Origin: Myxococcales bacterium
Lineage (GTDB): Bacteria > Myxococcota_A > Polyangia > Haliangiales > Haliangiaceae
DNA: 64,000 bases
Assembly: GCA_016716835.1 (NCBI GenBank)
Contig: JADJUW010000003.1
Span: 48,534 to 112,533 of the forward strand
Direction of reading: 5' to 3'
The translations under genes were made by a program, and so were the position numbers. The notes under the pieces were generated by a model that was given only the letters and a program-made list of their open reading frames with translations, ran no database searches and was not told the origin of the DNA. Below, one piece after another: positions 9,177 through 18,339 of the stretch; the first letter of the stretch is position 1; each line of letters starts with the position of its first letter.

Positions 9177-11665
9177 CAGGAATTGCTCCGCCCAGAAAAC
9201 AACGTGGCGCCAATGCGCAACACCTCGGCGAAGACGCCGGCCGCCGTGACGTCGGCGCCGGCGCCGGGGCCGCGGATGACGAGCGGGCGATCTTTGTAGC
9301 GCTCGGTGGTGAAGACCAGCATGTTTTCGCTACCGCCGAGCGAGGCAAAGGGATGTTCGCGCTCGAAGGCCTGCACGCCGATGCGGGCGCGGCCGTGGTC
9401 TAAGCTCGCGGCAAAGCGAAGCACGCGGTCACTAGCCGTTGCCTCCGCTAATTTTTCGCCAAGCGCGTCATCGCATGCGGCGAGTTCGTTCATAAACGTC
9501 GCGGCATCGGGGGCGGCAAACGCGGCGGCGCCGTGCCCCGCACCATTGACGATGAAATTATCGATGGTGACGTTGTCTTGCAGCAGCGGCAGGCCGCACT
9601 CGCGCCCCAAGATGAGCAGCTTGCGCCGTACATCGTGGCCGCTTAGGTCTTGCCGCGGATCGGGCTCGGTATAGCCCAGCGATTTGGCCTGCGCGACCAG
9701 CGCGCTAAAAGGCGTGCCCGGTTTCCAGTGATTAAACACGTACGAAAGCGAACCCGAAAGCACGCCCTCAAGCTTGATGATGCGATCGCCGCTTTGCAGC
9801 AAGTCATTGAGCGTCGTAATCACCGGCAGCCCTGCGCCGACATTGGTTTCATAACCCAAGATCACGCCACGGCGCTCGGCGAGGGCCTTGAGCTCGCGAC
9901 TACGCGCCAAGTCGGACGACATGGCGATCTTGTTCGGGGTCGAGATCGAAATGCTCGCCTGTAAGATGTCGCTGTATAAGGCCGGCACGGCCTCGCTTGC
10001 CGTGCAATCAATGAAGATGCTGCTCGGAAGGCGGCAAGCGATCATCTCGTCGACAAAGGCAGGCAGCGAGGTGGGGCGGCCGTCGGCAGCTAACCGCTGC
10101 GTCCAGTTCGCAAGTGGCAGACCCTGCCGGTCAAACACCATGCGCTTGCTATCGGCAATCGCGATAACATTGACCTGCACGCCGCGGTGCTGACGCAAAA
10201 AGTCGGCGTGCATGTCGATCTGCGCCAATAGGGTTTTTCCGACCACGCCGGTGCCGATGAGAAAAAGATTGAGCTCCTTGGTCTTGGAAAGAAAGAACGC
10301 CTCGTGCAGCGCCGCGAGCGCCTTGCCCTCGTCAAGTCGCGGAATCACCACCGAAATGTTGAGTTCGGAGCTGCCCTGCGTGATGGCGACGGTGTTGATG
10401 CCGTTGGCGCCAAGCGCCGAGAATAAGCGTCCCGCGACCCCGGGCCGCGTTCGCATGCCCTCGCCGATGACGGCGACAACCGCCATGTCGGTTTCGACGC
10501 GCACCGGCTCGACGAGCTTGCTCGCCAATTCGAGCGCAAAGGCAGCTTGAACCGCATGCTTGGCAATTGCCGCCGCCTCGGGGGTAACGGCGAACGTGAT
10601 GCTGTGCTCGCTCGAGCCCTGGGTAATCAAGATCACGTTGACGTCGTGCTGCGCGAGCCCTGCGAACAGGCGCGCGGCGGTGCCTGGCACGCCGACCATG
10701 CCGCTGCCTTGCAGCGTGAGTAGCGCGACGTGTGACACCGATGAGATGCCGCGCACCGCGGTGCCGGCCTCGGGGCTCTCGTGCGACACCAGCGTGCCGG
10801 GATGCGCGGGGTTGAAGGTGTTCTTGATCAGCAGCGGGATGTTGTTTTTGAGTGCGGGCAGGATGGTTGGCGGGTAGATCACCTTGGCGCCAAAGTGCGA
10901 CATCTCGAGCGCCTCGGCATAGGTCATCTTGGGAATCGAGAAGGCGCGCGCAACCTTGCGCGGATCTGCGGTCATCACGCCGTCGACGTCGGTCCAGATC
11001 TCGACGACTGAGGCGCGCAGCGAAGCCGCCAAGATCGCCGCGGTGTAGTCGCTGCCGCCGCGGCCAAGCGTGGTGGTCTGGTTATCCTTGGTGCTGCCGA
11101 TAAAACCAGTCACCACCTGCAAGATTGCATGCGACGCGTAATGCGCGGCGACGGCGGCATCGGTAGCCGCGACGTCGACGTGCGCGGCGCCAAAGTGCGC
11201 GTCGGTGCGGATCACGCGGCGGGCGTCGAGAAACTGCGCAGGCAGCCCCTTAGCGCACATCGCGTGCGCAATGATAAACGCCGAGTTGCGCTCGCCAAAG
11301 CCAGCGACCTGATCGAGCGTTTGCGCCGAGGCTTCGCGCAGCAGCGCGGCGCCTTGCAGCAGCTTGACCAGATCGGCATGCATCGCCTCCAGGCCCGCGG
11401 CGAACTCGCCGCCGAGCGTGCCGCACAACTCGCCCGCCGCCGCGCGATGCTGCTCGCGTAACGCGTCGGCGCGCGCGAGATAGGCCTCGTCGCCCACGGC
11501 GGCCTGCCGAACCATGCCCAGCAAGGCATCGGTGACGCCCGAGAACGCCGAGACGACGACGGTGAGTGGCGCCTCCGCGTGGTTGGCGCGCTTGACGATT
11601 TCGATGACGCTCGCGATGCGTCCGGCATTCGCGACCGAGGACCCACCAAATTTGAGTACGCGCAT
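9173..11665 (-). CDS. thrA: Bifunctional aspartokinase / homoserine dehydrogenase
   Basis: 830 aa. N-terminal 'MRVLKFGGSSVANA' identifies an amino-acid kinase, followed by ACT-like middle regions. The C-terminal half has 'LFLIGTGVVGKTLL' (NAD Rossmann) and a homoserine dehydrogenase region. Confidence 0.93.
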   Translation of the reverse strand: MRVLKFGGSSVANAGRIASVIEIVKRANHAEAPLTVVVSAFSGVTDALLGMVRQAAVGDEAYLARADALREQHRAAAGELCGTLGGEFAAGLEAMHADLVKLLQGAALLREASAQTLDQVAGFGERNSAFIIAHAMCAKGLPAQFLDARRVIRTDAHFGAAHVDVAATDAAVAAHYASHAILQVVTGFIGSTKDNQTTTLGRGGSDYTAAILAASLRASVVEIWTDVDGVMTADPRKVARAFSIPKMTYAEALEMSHFGAKVIYPPTILPALKNNIPLLIKNTFNPAHPGTLVSHESPEAGTAVRGISSVSHVALLTLQGSGMVGVPGTAARLFAGLAQHDVNVILITQGSSEHSITFAVTPEAAAIAKHAVQAAFALELASKLVEPVRVETDMAVVAVIGEGMRTRPGVAGRLFSALGANGINTVAITQGSSELNISVVIPRLDEGKALAALHEAFFLSKTKELNLFLIGTGVVGKTLLAQIDMHADFLRQHRGVQVNVIAIADSKRMVFDRQGLPLANWTQRLAADGRPTSLPAFVDEMIACRLPSSIFIDCTASEAVPALYSDILQASISISTPNKIAMSSDLARSRELKALAERRGVILGYETNVGAGLPVITTLNDLLQSGDRIIKLEGVLSGSLSYVFNHWKPGTPFSALVAQAKSLGYTEPDPRQDLSGHDVRRKLLILGRECGLPLLQDNVTIDNFIVNGAGHGAAAFAAPDAATFMNELAACDDALGEKLAEATASDRVLRFAASLDHGRARIGVQAFEREHPFASLGGSENMLVFTTERYKDRPLVIRGPGAGADVTAAGVFAEVLRIGATLFSGRSNSW

Positions 11666-11715
11666 TCGGTGCCTGATCGTATCAGCCTGCGCGCGCTAGT
11701 GCCACGTCTGCGGCA

Positions 11716-12582
11716 CTATCGCATGCGAATGAGGCCCTCTTGGGCGGTGGTGGTAACCAGGCGACCATCGCGCGAGAAAATGCGACCTCGTGCGAGACCG
11801 CGAGCACCCTGCGCGGTCGGGCTTTCTACGGTGTGCAGCAGCCACTCGTCGATCGCAAATGGGCGGTGAAACCACATGGCGTGATCGATCGAGGCGGCTT
11901 GCAGGCCCGGCGATAGCACCGCCTTGCCGTGTGGCATGAGCGACGTGGTCATAAATGTAAAATCTGAGACATACGCCAGCAAACACCGTTGCAGCGCCGG
12001 ATTGGCCGAAACGACGCCATTGGCCTTCATCCAGATCTGCCGCCGGGGGAGACGTGGCGTGGGCGCGATGGGCGACTCTTCGGGGTCATCGGTACGCAAG
12101 TCGAACGCGCCAAGCGCGCTTAAGCGTTCGACCAAGGGGCGTGGCAGGACATGGCCGAATTTGGCGAGCCGTGCGGCCTCCGTCGGCAGCGACTCGGGCG
12201 CTGGCACCGGCCCGTCGGGAAACGGATCTTGGTGCTCGAACCCGGCTTCGTGCTCCTGAAATGACGCGGTCATATGTAGGATATGCTCGCCGTGTTGGAT
12301 CGCCGCGACGCGGCGGGCGCTAAACGAGCCGCCATCGCGCAGGCGCTCGACCTGATAAAGGATAGGCTGCGTGACGTCGCCGCGGCGCAAGAAATACGCG
12401 TGCAACGAGTGGGCGAGCCGCCCCGGCGCCACGGTCTGTCCCGCCGCCGAGAGGGCCTGGCCCAGCACCTGGCCGCCAAACACCGCGCCCCAGCCCAAGT
12501 CTTGGCTTTCGCCGCGAAAGACGTTGTCTTCGATGCGTTCGAGCGACAGCAACTCGATTAGCGCCCCCAGCTTGTCTGCCAT
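11716..12582 (-). CDS. tesB: Acyl-CoA thioesterase II
   Basis: 288-aa double hot-dog protein. The N-terminus 'LIELLSLERIEDNVFRGESQDLGWGAVFGGQVLGQAL' is typical of TesB. Confidence 0.88.
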   Translation of the reverse strand: MADKLGALIELLSLERIEDNVFRGESQDLGWGAVFGGQVLGQALSAAGQTVAPGRLAHSLHAYFLRRGDVTQPILYQVERLRDGGSFSARRVAAIQHGEHILHMTASFQEHEAGFEHQDPFPDGPVPAPESLPTEAARLAKFGHVLPRPLVERLSALGAFDLRTDDPEESPIAPTPRLPRRQIWMKANGVVSANPALQRCLLAYVSDFTFMTTSLMPHGKAVLSPGLQAASIDHAMWFHRPFAIDEWLLHTVESPTAQGARGLARGRIFSRDGRLVTTTAQEGLIRMR

Positions 12583-12672
12583 GAAATGACTGTAGCGGCT
12601 AATTCACGCCATGTTAGGCCGGCGCGAAGAAATTGTGGTCGACTTGCCCGGGACCTGTGATACGCATCGATC

Positions 12673-13938
12673 ATGAAATATGCCGCGTCGTTGGCTGGGG
12701 CACTCGCGAGCGCCGTGGCATGTGGTAATGGTGGGCCCTCCCTCGCGCCGCGGACAGATCCCATCATCGGTGGCAGCGTTGCGACGGCCGGTCAATTTCC
12801 GACGGTGGTGGCGCTGGCCATCGAAAGCGGTCCCGAGGTCTTTCAGACCTTCTGCACCGGCACCCTGGTGGCGCCCGACATCGTCTTGACCGCGGCACAT
12901 TGCCAAGAGCTCGACGACCAGTACGAAACGATCTGGGTGATCGTGGATGGCCTAACGCCGCAGGCCAGCCAAGGCCGCGCGATCGCCGTCGCCCACTCGG
13001 TCCGCGATGCGAGCTACGACGTGGAGTATACCCTGGGGGTCGACGTGGCCTTGCTCTTTTTGCAAGAGGAGGTCGATGACCGCGCGCCCTCGCCAATATG
13101 GTTGCCGCCGTTACCGGTACAATCGCCGCTGCAGGCGGTGGGGTTTGGCACCTCCGATCCCTCCGATAGCGGCACCGCAGGTACGTTGCGCTACCTATCC
13201 ACCGAACCCACCATTTCGTGTGAGGTGCTGTGGGACGCCTTTCGCGACCAGGGCGCCACGGATGAAGATATTGAGGCCATCTTAGCTGGTCGCACGTTCG
13301 ACGAGATGTTTGTCTGCACGAACATGATTGACGAGACCGGCGTTTGCTTTGGCGATAGCGGCGGGCCGGCCTTCGTCAACCTGAATGGTACCGCGACCGT
13401 AACGGGCATCGCCTCCTTTGTCGGTGACGAGTTTTGTTCGACCTATGGCATGTATGCAGTCCCTCATCGCGCGCTTGCTTTTTTTGCCGACGAGGCGCCT
13501 CAGCTGTTATGCCAAGTCGACGGGGTCTGCAACGAGGACTGCACAGGCGGCGTAGACATTGACTGCGGCTGCGACGTAGATGAAGACTGCGCGCCTCTCT
13601 TCGGGCGTTTTGAGTGCAGCCCCGCCGGCATGTGCGAAGAATTGGCCCCGGGGGAATTTGGTGACGCATGCGTCGGCGACGACGATTGCGCCTCGGCTTA
13701 TTGCGGCGCCGCGGGGCTTTGCACGTTGCCGTGCGAAAATGACGAGGTGTGTCCTGGCGATGCATCGTGCGATCTGGCCGCGGCGGCGACGGGCGGCGAG
13801 TGCGTTGCCGCCGTGGGTGGTGACGGCGGCTGTGCTGGCTGCAGCGGCGGCGAGCCGGCGGGGCTGATTGTAGCGCTGGCGGCGCTCTTCTTTGGCATGT
13901 TCAGGCGGCGCGTCGCAAGGTCGTCGAGCGGCGCTTAG
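12673..13938 (+). CDS. Secreted trypsin-like (S1) serine protease with Cys-rich region and MYXO-CTERM-type tail
   Basis: Catalytic motifs 'LTAAHC' and 'GDSGGPAF'. The C-terminal part is Cys/Asp-rich. The terminal 'GGCAGCSGGEPAGLIVALAALFFGMFRRRV' has a Cys motif, a TM helix and an Arg cluster, as in the MYXO-CTERM sorting signal. Confidence 0.88.
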   Translation: MKYAASLAGALASAVACGNGGPSLAPRTDPIIGGSVATAGQFPTVVALAIESGPEVFQTFCTGTLVAPDIVLTAAHCQELDDQYETIWVIVDGLTPQASQGRAIAVAHSVRDASYDVEYTLGVDVALLFLQEEVDDRAPSPIWLPPLPVQSPLQAVGFGTSDPSDSGTAGTLRYLSTEPTISCEVLWDAFRDQGATDEDIEAILAGRTFDEMFVCTNMIDETGVCFGDSGGPAFVNLNGTATVTGIASFVGDEFCSTYGMYAVPHRALAFFADEAPQLLCQVDGVCNEDCTGGVDIDCGCDVDEDCAPLFGRFECSPAGMCEELAPGEFGDACVGDDDCASAYCGAAGLCTLPCENDEVCPGDASCDLAAAATGGECVAAVGGDGGCAGCSGGEPAGLIVALAALFFGMFRRRVARSSSGA

Positions 13939-13971
13939 CCCCGCCTAGGCTCGGGGCCTTCGCGCGCGACG

Positions 13972-14631
13972 CTACGGCGTGGTCAGTTGATAGCGAACGC
14001 GCACGGCCTTGCTACCTGCCTCGATCAGCGTCGTAAAGATTCGAATGTTGTCGTTGCGCAGCAAGGGCGCGACCTGATCTTCAATATAAGTCATCGTGTC
14101 CATGCCGAGCTCGGCGTCATTGCCAACGTGATAGAAAAGCTCGCCACTTGCTTGGCCTTGTTCCGCGATAAAGGTCTTAATTTCGGCATAGGTGGCGGCC
14201 GCCTTGGGCCGGCCGATCCGGCGCAGCGTCTTGCCACTCGGCTTGACGGCGCCAGGTTTGGCGCGTTGGTTTAACGCGCGAAAATACCAGGTCGCCTGTG
14301 TCGGCCCGGAACCGTCGACGTGAACCACGGTGGTGCGATTGGAGAGTTTGATTCCCGCGCGCGCAAACTCGGGCTCGGCAGCGGCAAGCTCGGCGTCCGA
14401 GATTCCGGCGATCTCGGACTGGTTTAGCTTAAGGCGACCGCTTTGGTGACCCGTGGCTTTGACGCGTTGTTTTAGCTTGGCGCCAATGAGGGTCGTTGCG
14501 CGCGTGGAGATCGGCGCGCGCGCAGGCTTGCTGGCGATCTGTTTTCGCGAGCCGGCTTCGGCGGAGTCGCCTGGTGCGCCGAGGGCAAGCAGAATTGCGG
14601 TGGCGGTGATGATTTGTCGGATTGATTTCAT
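13972..14631 (-). CDS. Secreted hypothetical protein
   Basis: Trimmed to ATG 14631 (MKSIRQIITATAILLALGAPGDSAEA..., a clear signal peptide). Last gene of the M16/DUF4105 co-directional array. Confidence 0.6.
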   Translation of the reverse strand: MKSIRQIITATAILLALGAPGDSAEAGSRKQIASKPARAPISTRATTLIGAKLKQRVKATGHQSGRLKLNQSEIAGISDAELAAAEPEFARAGIKLSNRTTVVHVDGSGPTQATWYFRALNQRAKPGAVKPSGKTLRRIGRPKAAATYAEIKTFIAEQGQASGELFYHVGNDAELGMDTMTYIEDQVAPLLRNDNIRIFTTLIEAGSKAVRVRYQLTTP

Positions 14632-14644
14632 ATTGTCCGACTTA

Positions 14645-16042
14645 CTAAGCAAATAACAGACCAATGTCGAGCGGACGCAAGTATACGAATTTGCGAGCGA
14701 TGGCCGCACCGTGGTGGCCAGTTGACCCGCCGATAGTGGGGAGGCGTGGCCCTAGCGCTTCGCGGCGCCGCGCGCGATCACGCCGCTGGGACGCTTGGGT
14801 AGCTGCACTTTGTCCGGACGACCGGCGTTGGCACCGCCTCGATGCCCCATCAGCGCGAGCACCAGAAAAGGCAGACCAATCATGGCCATTGGCGCCCACA
14901 GGCTGCCGCAGCACGCCGACCACGGCCAGCCATGCGACCGCCGCCAATACGCCAACCTTGATGCGCGCGTAGAGTTGCTTGCGCGGCCACGCGAGGAAAA
15001 GGATAGCGACATCAATGGGCCAATACATCAAGGCCACCTCATTGATGCGCAGGCTGGGAATCGCGCTGATCGCGACGAGCGTCCAGATCACAAGCCCCAT
15101 GAAAAGCGTTGGCACCATCGCGATGGCGAGCGCCGTGCGCGTAAGGCGTCGCCGCCACAGCGCGAGCGCGATCAGCGCGGCGGCGCCGAGGCCAATCAAC
15201 GCCACGACCTCGCGACCCTTGCTCCCCTCAGAGGGAAACGGGGGCCCGCGACGCTGATAGATTAGTTCGGGCACGACGCCGAGCCGAGTCGCGACGTTGA
15301 TGCGCACTTCGTCAGGGAGAAACATTTTTTCGTAGAGCGTCGGCGGCACATCGATGTCGCGCCCGACGGCGAAATCGGAAATCGCGAGCAGCGGAGGAAA
15401 CTCGGCCAGCCCGCTGTAGCCGAGCTCGCGAAAGGTGCGGAGGTCGGCAGGATCGGGCTTAGCTGCGTCCGCGCGCAGCGCGCCGGCAAAGGTGTCGTCG
15501 ATCATGTCGCGCAGCCGCGTCGTGCAGTTGTCAAAGAAGTGATCGTATTCGTAGTAGCGGCGGCTTTCATGGAGGTCGCCCCACAGCTTGGCCTCGAGCG
15601 CGCGCGCCTGCGCTGGCGTGGTTGGCAAGATCTGGCGCCAAATGGTGCGGTCTTCCCAAGTGTAGAAGCGAAGGGTTTCTTCCAGCGCCGCGGGTTCGAC
15701 CCAAAATTTTGTCGTGCCGCGCAAGAAGCCCCACACCAGCCCCTTGGCGTTGGCAAAATCAGTGACGCCGTAGTTTAAACAAACGTCGCCGGGGGCGTGT
15801 TCATAGTGCAGGCACAAGGCGGCGTGGCCATACTTTTCAAAAATCACCGGGCCGCGCTCGAAGGTGTAGAGGTCAACCCGCGGTGGCTCGGCGCTGGGTG
15901 GAATTTGCCCGTTGTAGTCGGCGGCGCGCAGCTGCCGCGGCTGGCCAAGCGCGGTCGTGGCGGTTGCGATCGCAAAGCCGAGCGCGAGCGCAGCGGCGTA
16001 CCATAAGCGTCCCGACGGGGGCAGGCAGCGCAGGCGAGTCAT
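14645..16042 (-). CDS. DUF4105 / Lnb-like membrane protein (periplasmic N-domain plus multi-TM C-domain); 3' end probably frameshifted
   Basis: Signal peptide, then 'FEKYGHAALCL...', 'FWVEPA' and 'YEYDHFFDNCTTRLRD' motifs as I recall for DUF4105, then at least 4 TM helices. The last ~85 codons are low-GC3 Arg/Ser/Gln junk, while another frame (14752-14889) encodes a clean TM helix (see findings). Confidence 0.65.
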   Translation of the reverse strand: MTRLRCLPPSGRLWYAAALALGFAIATATTALGQPRQLRAADYNGQIPPSAEPPRVDLYTFERGPVIFEKYGHAALCLHYEHAPGDVCLNYGVTDFANAKGLVWGFLRGTTKFWVEPAALEETLRFYTWEDRTIWRQILPTTPAQARALEAKLWGDLHESRRYYEYDHFFDNCTTRLRDMIDDTFAGALRADAAKPDPADLRTFRELGYSGLAEFPPLLAISDFAVGRDIDVPPTLYEKMFLPDEVRINVATRLGVVPELIYQRRGPPFPSEGSKGREVVALIGLGAAALIALALWRRRLTRTALAIAMVPTLFMGLVIWTLVAISAIPSLRINEVALMYWPIDVAILFLAWPRKQLYARIKVGVLAAVAWLAVVGVLRQPVGANGHDWSAFSGARADGASRRCQRRSSGQSAATQASQRRDRARRREALGPRLPTIGGSTGHHGAAIARKFVYLRPLDIGLLFA

Positions 16043-18339
16043 GGCCCCGGCGTCTCTTTCGTGGTGTCGGCGTCGCGGCCCATCGCCGGGCTGGCATTGG
16101 CGCTGACCGCCGGCTTCTTAAACTGCGCGGGATCAACCGCGACGTTCCACTCGAACTTGGAAATCACCAGTGTCACCGTCTCGTCGCCGCCCAGCGTGGT
16201 GCGCTTGTGCGCGACCAGGATGCCGCCTATTGGCTTATAGTCCTCAAGGCTAATCGTGCCAACGCCGGCGCCCTCGGGAAATGCGACCATGGTGACGAGC
16301 TTGGTCTTGTCGTCGACAAACAGGGTCGCGGTGAAGCGCTTGTCGGGTGAGGTGACGTTGACCTTGGTCAGCGTCGTGCCGTCGACCTTTTCTTGGCCAA
16401 CCCAGCGCACCTGCGCCCCCGGCGCGAGATGGCGCAGCAAGATGAAATCGGGATCAAGCCAACGCTCGCGTTCGACCGTGTCGGCGTCGATCGCCGCGAC
16501 GTCGACCAGGCCCTTGGGCGTATCTTGCCACGCGCCGCCGGCGCCCATCGCATAGCTGATGCGAATCGACTTGTTGAGCACGAGGTCGACGCGCGAGTCG
16601 CTCGGCAGCGACCACAGGCGGGTGATGTCGACGTCGACCACCTGCGACGATCGCTTCATCGCGCCGCTGGCGGTCAGGCGCAGGGATTTGCGCGCGGCCA
16701 GCGCGGCGCGGCCGCCTTTCTTGGCGAGCGCCGCGTCGAGCAGGGCCCGCGCCTTGGCGGCGAGCTTGGGGTCTTCGGGCAGCTCACGCCTCGCTACCGG
16801 CGTTACGACATCGCGGATGGAGGCGCGCTCGTAAGTGAGCTTTAGCTTATCGAGCTGCGGCGCGATCTTCGCGGCATCGCCGACAATCGCGATCGCGATG
16901 CTGGTGGTACCAAGGAGCTCGGCCGCCGCGCCGGCGACGCTGGCTTGATCCGACTTGTCGAGCACCACGGGAAAATTTTCGACATACGCGGCATCGAAGT
17001 CATGCAACTCCGCGGCGAGCAGGCTGCTGGCAATGGCGCTCGCGGTCTCAAAGCGTAGTCCATAGCTGCCACCGAGGTAGGCGACGGCCTCGTCCACCTC
17101 TCCTGCGCTTGGGCCCTCGCTCTGCATCTTCTTGATCTCGCGAAGCAACATGGTTAGCGTGGCCGCTGCCTCGCTGGTGCGGGTCGCCGCGGTTGCAACC
17201 CACGCGCCGCGCTCGCGGTTGCGATCGAAGGTCGTTGTTGCGGAGGGTGCGCCGCCGCCGGCGCCGTCACTGCGCAGGCTGCGGATCAGGCGTGCGCCCG
17301 CGCCACCGCCGAGCACGTGGTTCCACACCAAGGTGTCAAAGAAGCGAGAATCCTGGTGCGCGATGCCGGGTAGCGCCACGGCGATTTGTGCCTGCGCCTG
17401 ACCTGGCATGTCGATTAGTCGCAGGGTGCGGTTCGCAATGGGGCTCGCCGCAGTTGCTGGCGCTACCGCGCGGCCTTGGCCTCGCCATCCAGCGAATTGT
17501 GCGGTGATGGTGCGCTTAGCCGAGGGCGCGGCGACATTGCCGACCACGACCAGCGTCGCACGCTCCGGGCGATTGGCGGCGGCATGCCACGCGCGCAAGT
17601 CGCCCTGCGAAATGCTGCGCAGGCTCGCCATGCTCATCACGCGCCCGCGGGGATGATCGTTGCTCCACAAGAGATTCTGAGCATGCACGGCGGCCATCGC
17701 CGCGGCACTCTCCTCGGTCGCCTGCACTTGGCCCGCGAGGCGCTCGCCAACGGACGGCATTTCCGCCGGCGCAAACGCGGGCGCGGCGAGGGCCTCATGC
17801 ATCAACGAGAGGCAGGTCGCGAGGTGGGCGGCCTGCGCGTCGCATTTTAAAACTGTTGCCTCGTAGCTGGCATCGCTGGCCAGCGAACCTCCCGTCGCCG
17901 CAATCGCGCGCGCGAAGGCCGCCGCGTCTCGCTTGGTCGTACCGCGCAGCAACATTTGCGCGACGAACGCGGCGAGGCCTGGTTGATCTGCGGGGTCGGC
18001 GCTCCAGCCATTGGCAATCGCCAACTGGACGCTGAGCACCGGCGCATCCGCCTTGGCGACGATCAGGACCTTCATGCCGTTTGGCAGCTTAAACTGCGTG
18101 ATTGGCGGCAATGCCACCGCGGCTAGCGGTGCGAACTCGGGTGGCTTGATTAGATCTTCACGCCCCGCCCATGGGTCATCGGCCGCAACCGCGACGGCAT
18201 CGCTCACGCCCACGCTCGGCAGGCTGAGCCCTTTTGAGGCGACGGGTTTGGCACACGCTACAAACAGCAAGGCCGCGGCGCCGCAAGCGAGCAGCGCGAT
18301 CGAGGCGCGCAAATTATTATGGTTGGGCGATCGTTTCAT
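16039..18339 (-). CDS. M16-family peptidase-like protein lacking the zinc motif, with a ~230-aa C-terminal extension
   Basis: Signal/lipoprotein-like N-terminus ('LLFVACAKP'). M16 two-lobe layout, but I see no HxxEH. There are extra beta-rich residues after ~aa 520. 4-nt overlaps with both neighbours (18336-18339 and 16039-16042). Confidence 0.75.
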   Translation of the reverse strand: MKRSPNHNNLRASIALLACGAAALLFVACAKPVASKGLSLPSVGVSDAVAVAADDPWAGREDLIKPPEFAPLAAVALPPITQFKLPNGMKVLIVAKADAPVLSVQLAIANGWSADPADQPGLAAFVAQMLLRGTTKRDAAAFARAIAATGGSLASDASYEATVLKCDAQAAHLATCLSLMHEALAAPAFAPAEMPSVGERLAGQVQATEESAAAMAAVHAQNLLWSNDHPRGRVMSMASLRSISQGDLRAWHAAANRPERATLVVVGNVAAPSAKRTITAQFAGWRGQGRAVAPATAASPIANRTLRLIDMPGQAQAQIAVALPGIAHQDSRFFDTLVWNHVLGGGAGARLIRSLRSDGAGGGAPSATTTFDRNRERGAWVATAATRTSEAAATLTMLLREIKKMQSEGPSAGEVDEAVAYLGGSYGLRFETASAIASSLLAAELHDFDAAYVENFPVVLDKSDQASVAGAAAELLGTTSIAIAIVGDAAKIAPQLDKLKLTYERASIRDVVTPVARRELPEDPKLAAKARALLDAALAKKGGRAALAARKSLRLTASGAMKRSSQVVDVDITRLWSLPSDSRVDLVLNKSIRISYAMGAGGAWQDTPKGLVDVAAIDADTVERERWLDPDFILLRHLAPGAQVRWVGQEKVDGTTLTKVNVTSPDKRFTATLFVDDKTKLVTMVAFPEGAGVGTISLEDYKPIGGILVAHKRTTLGGDETVTLVISKFEWNVAVDPAQFKKPAVSANASPAMGRDADTTKETPGP

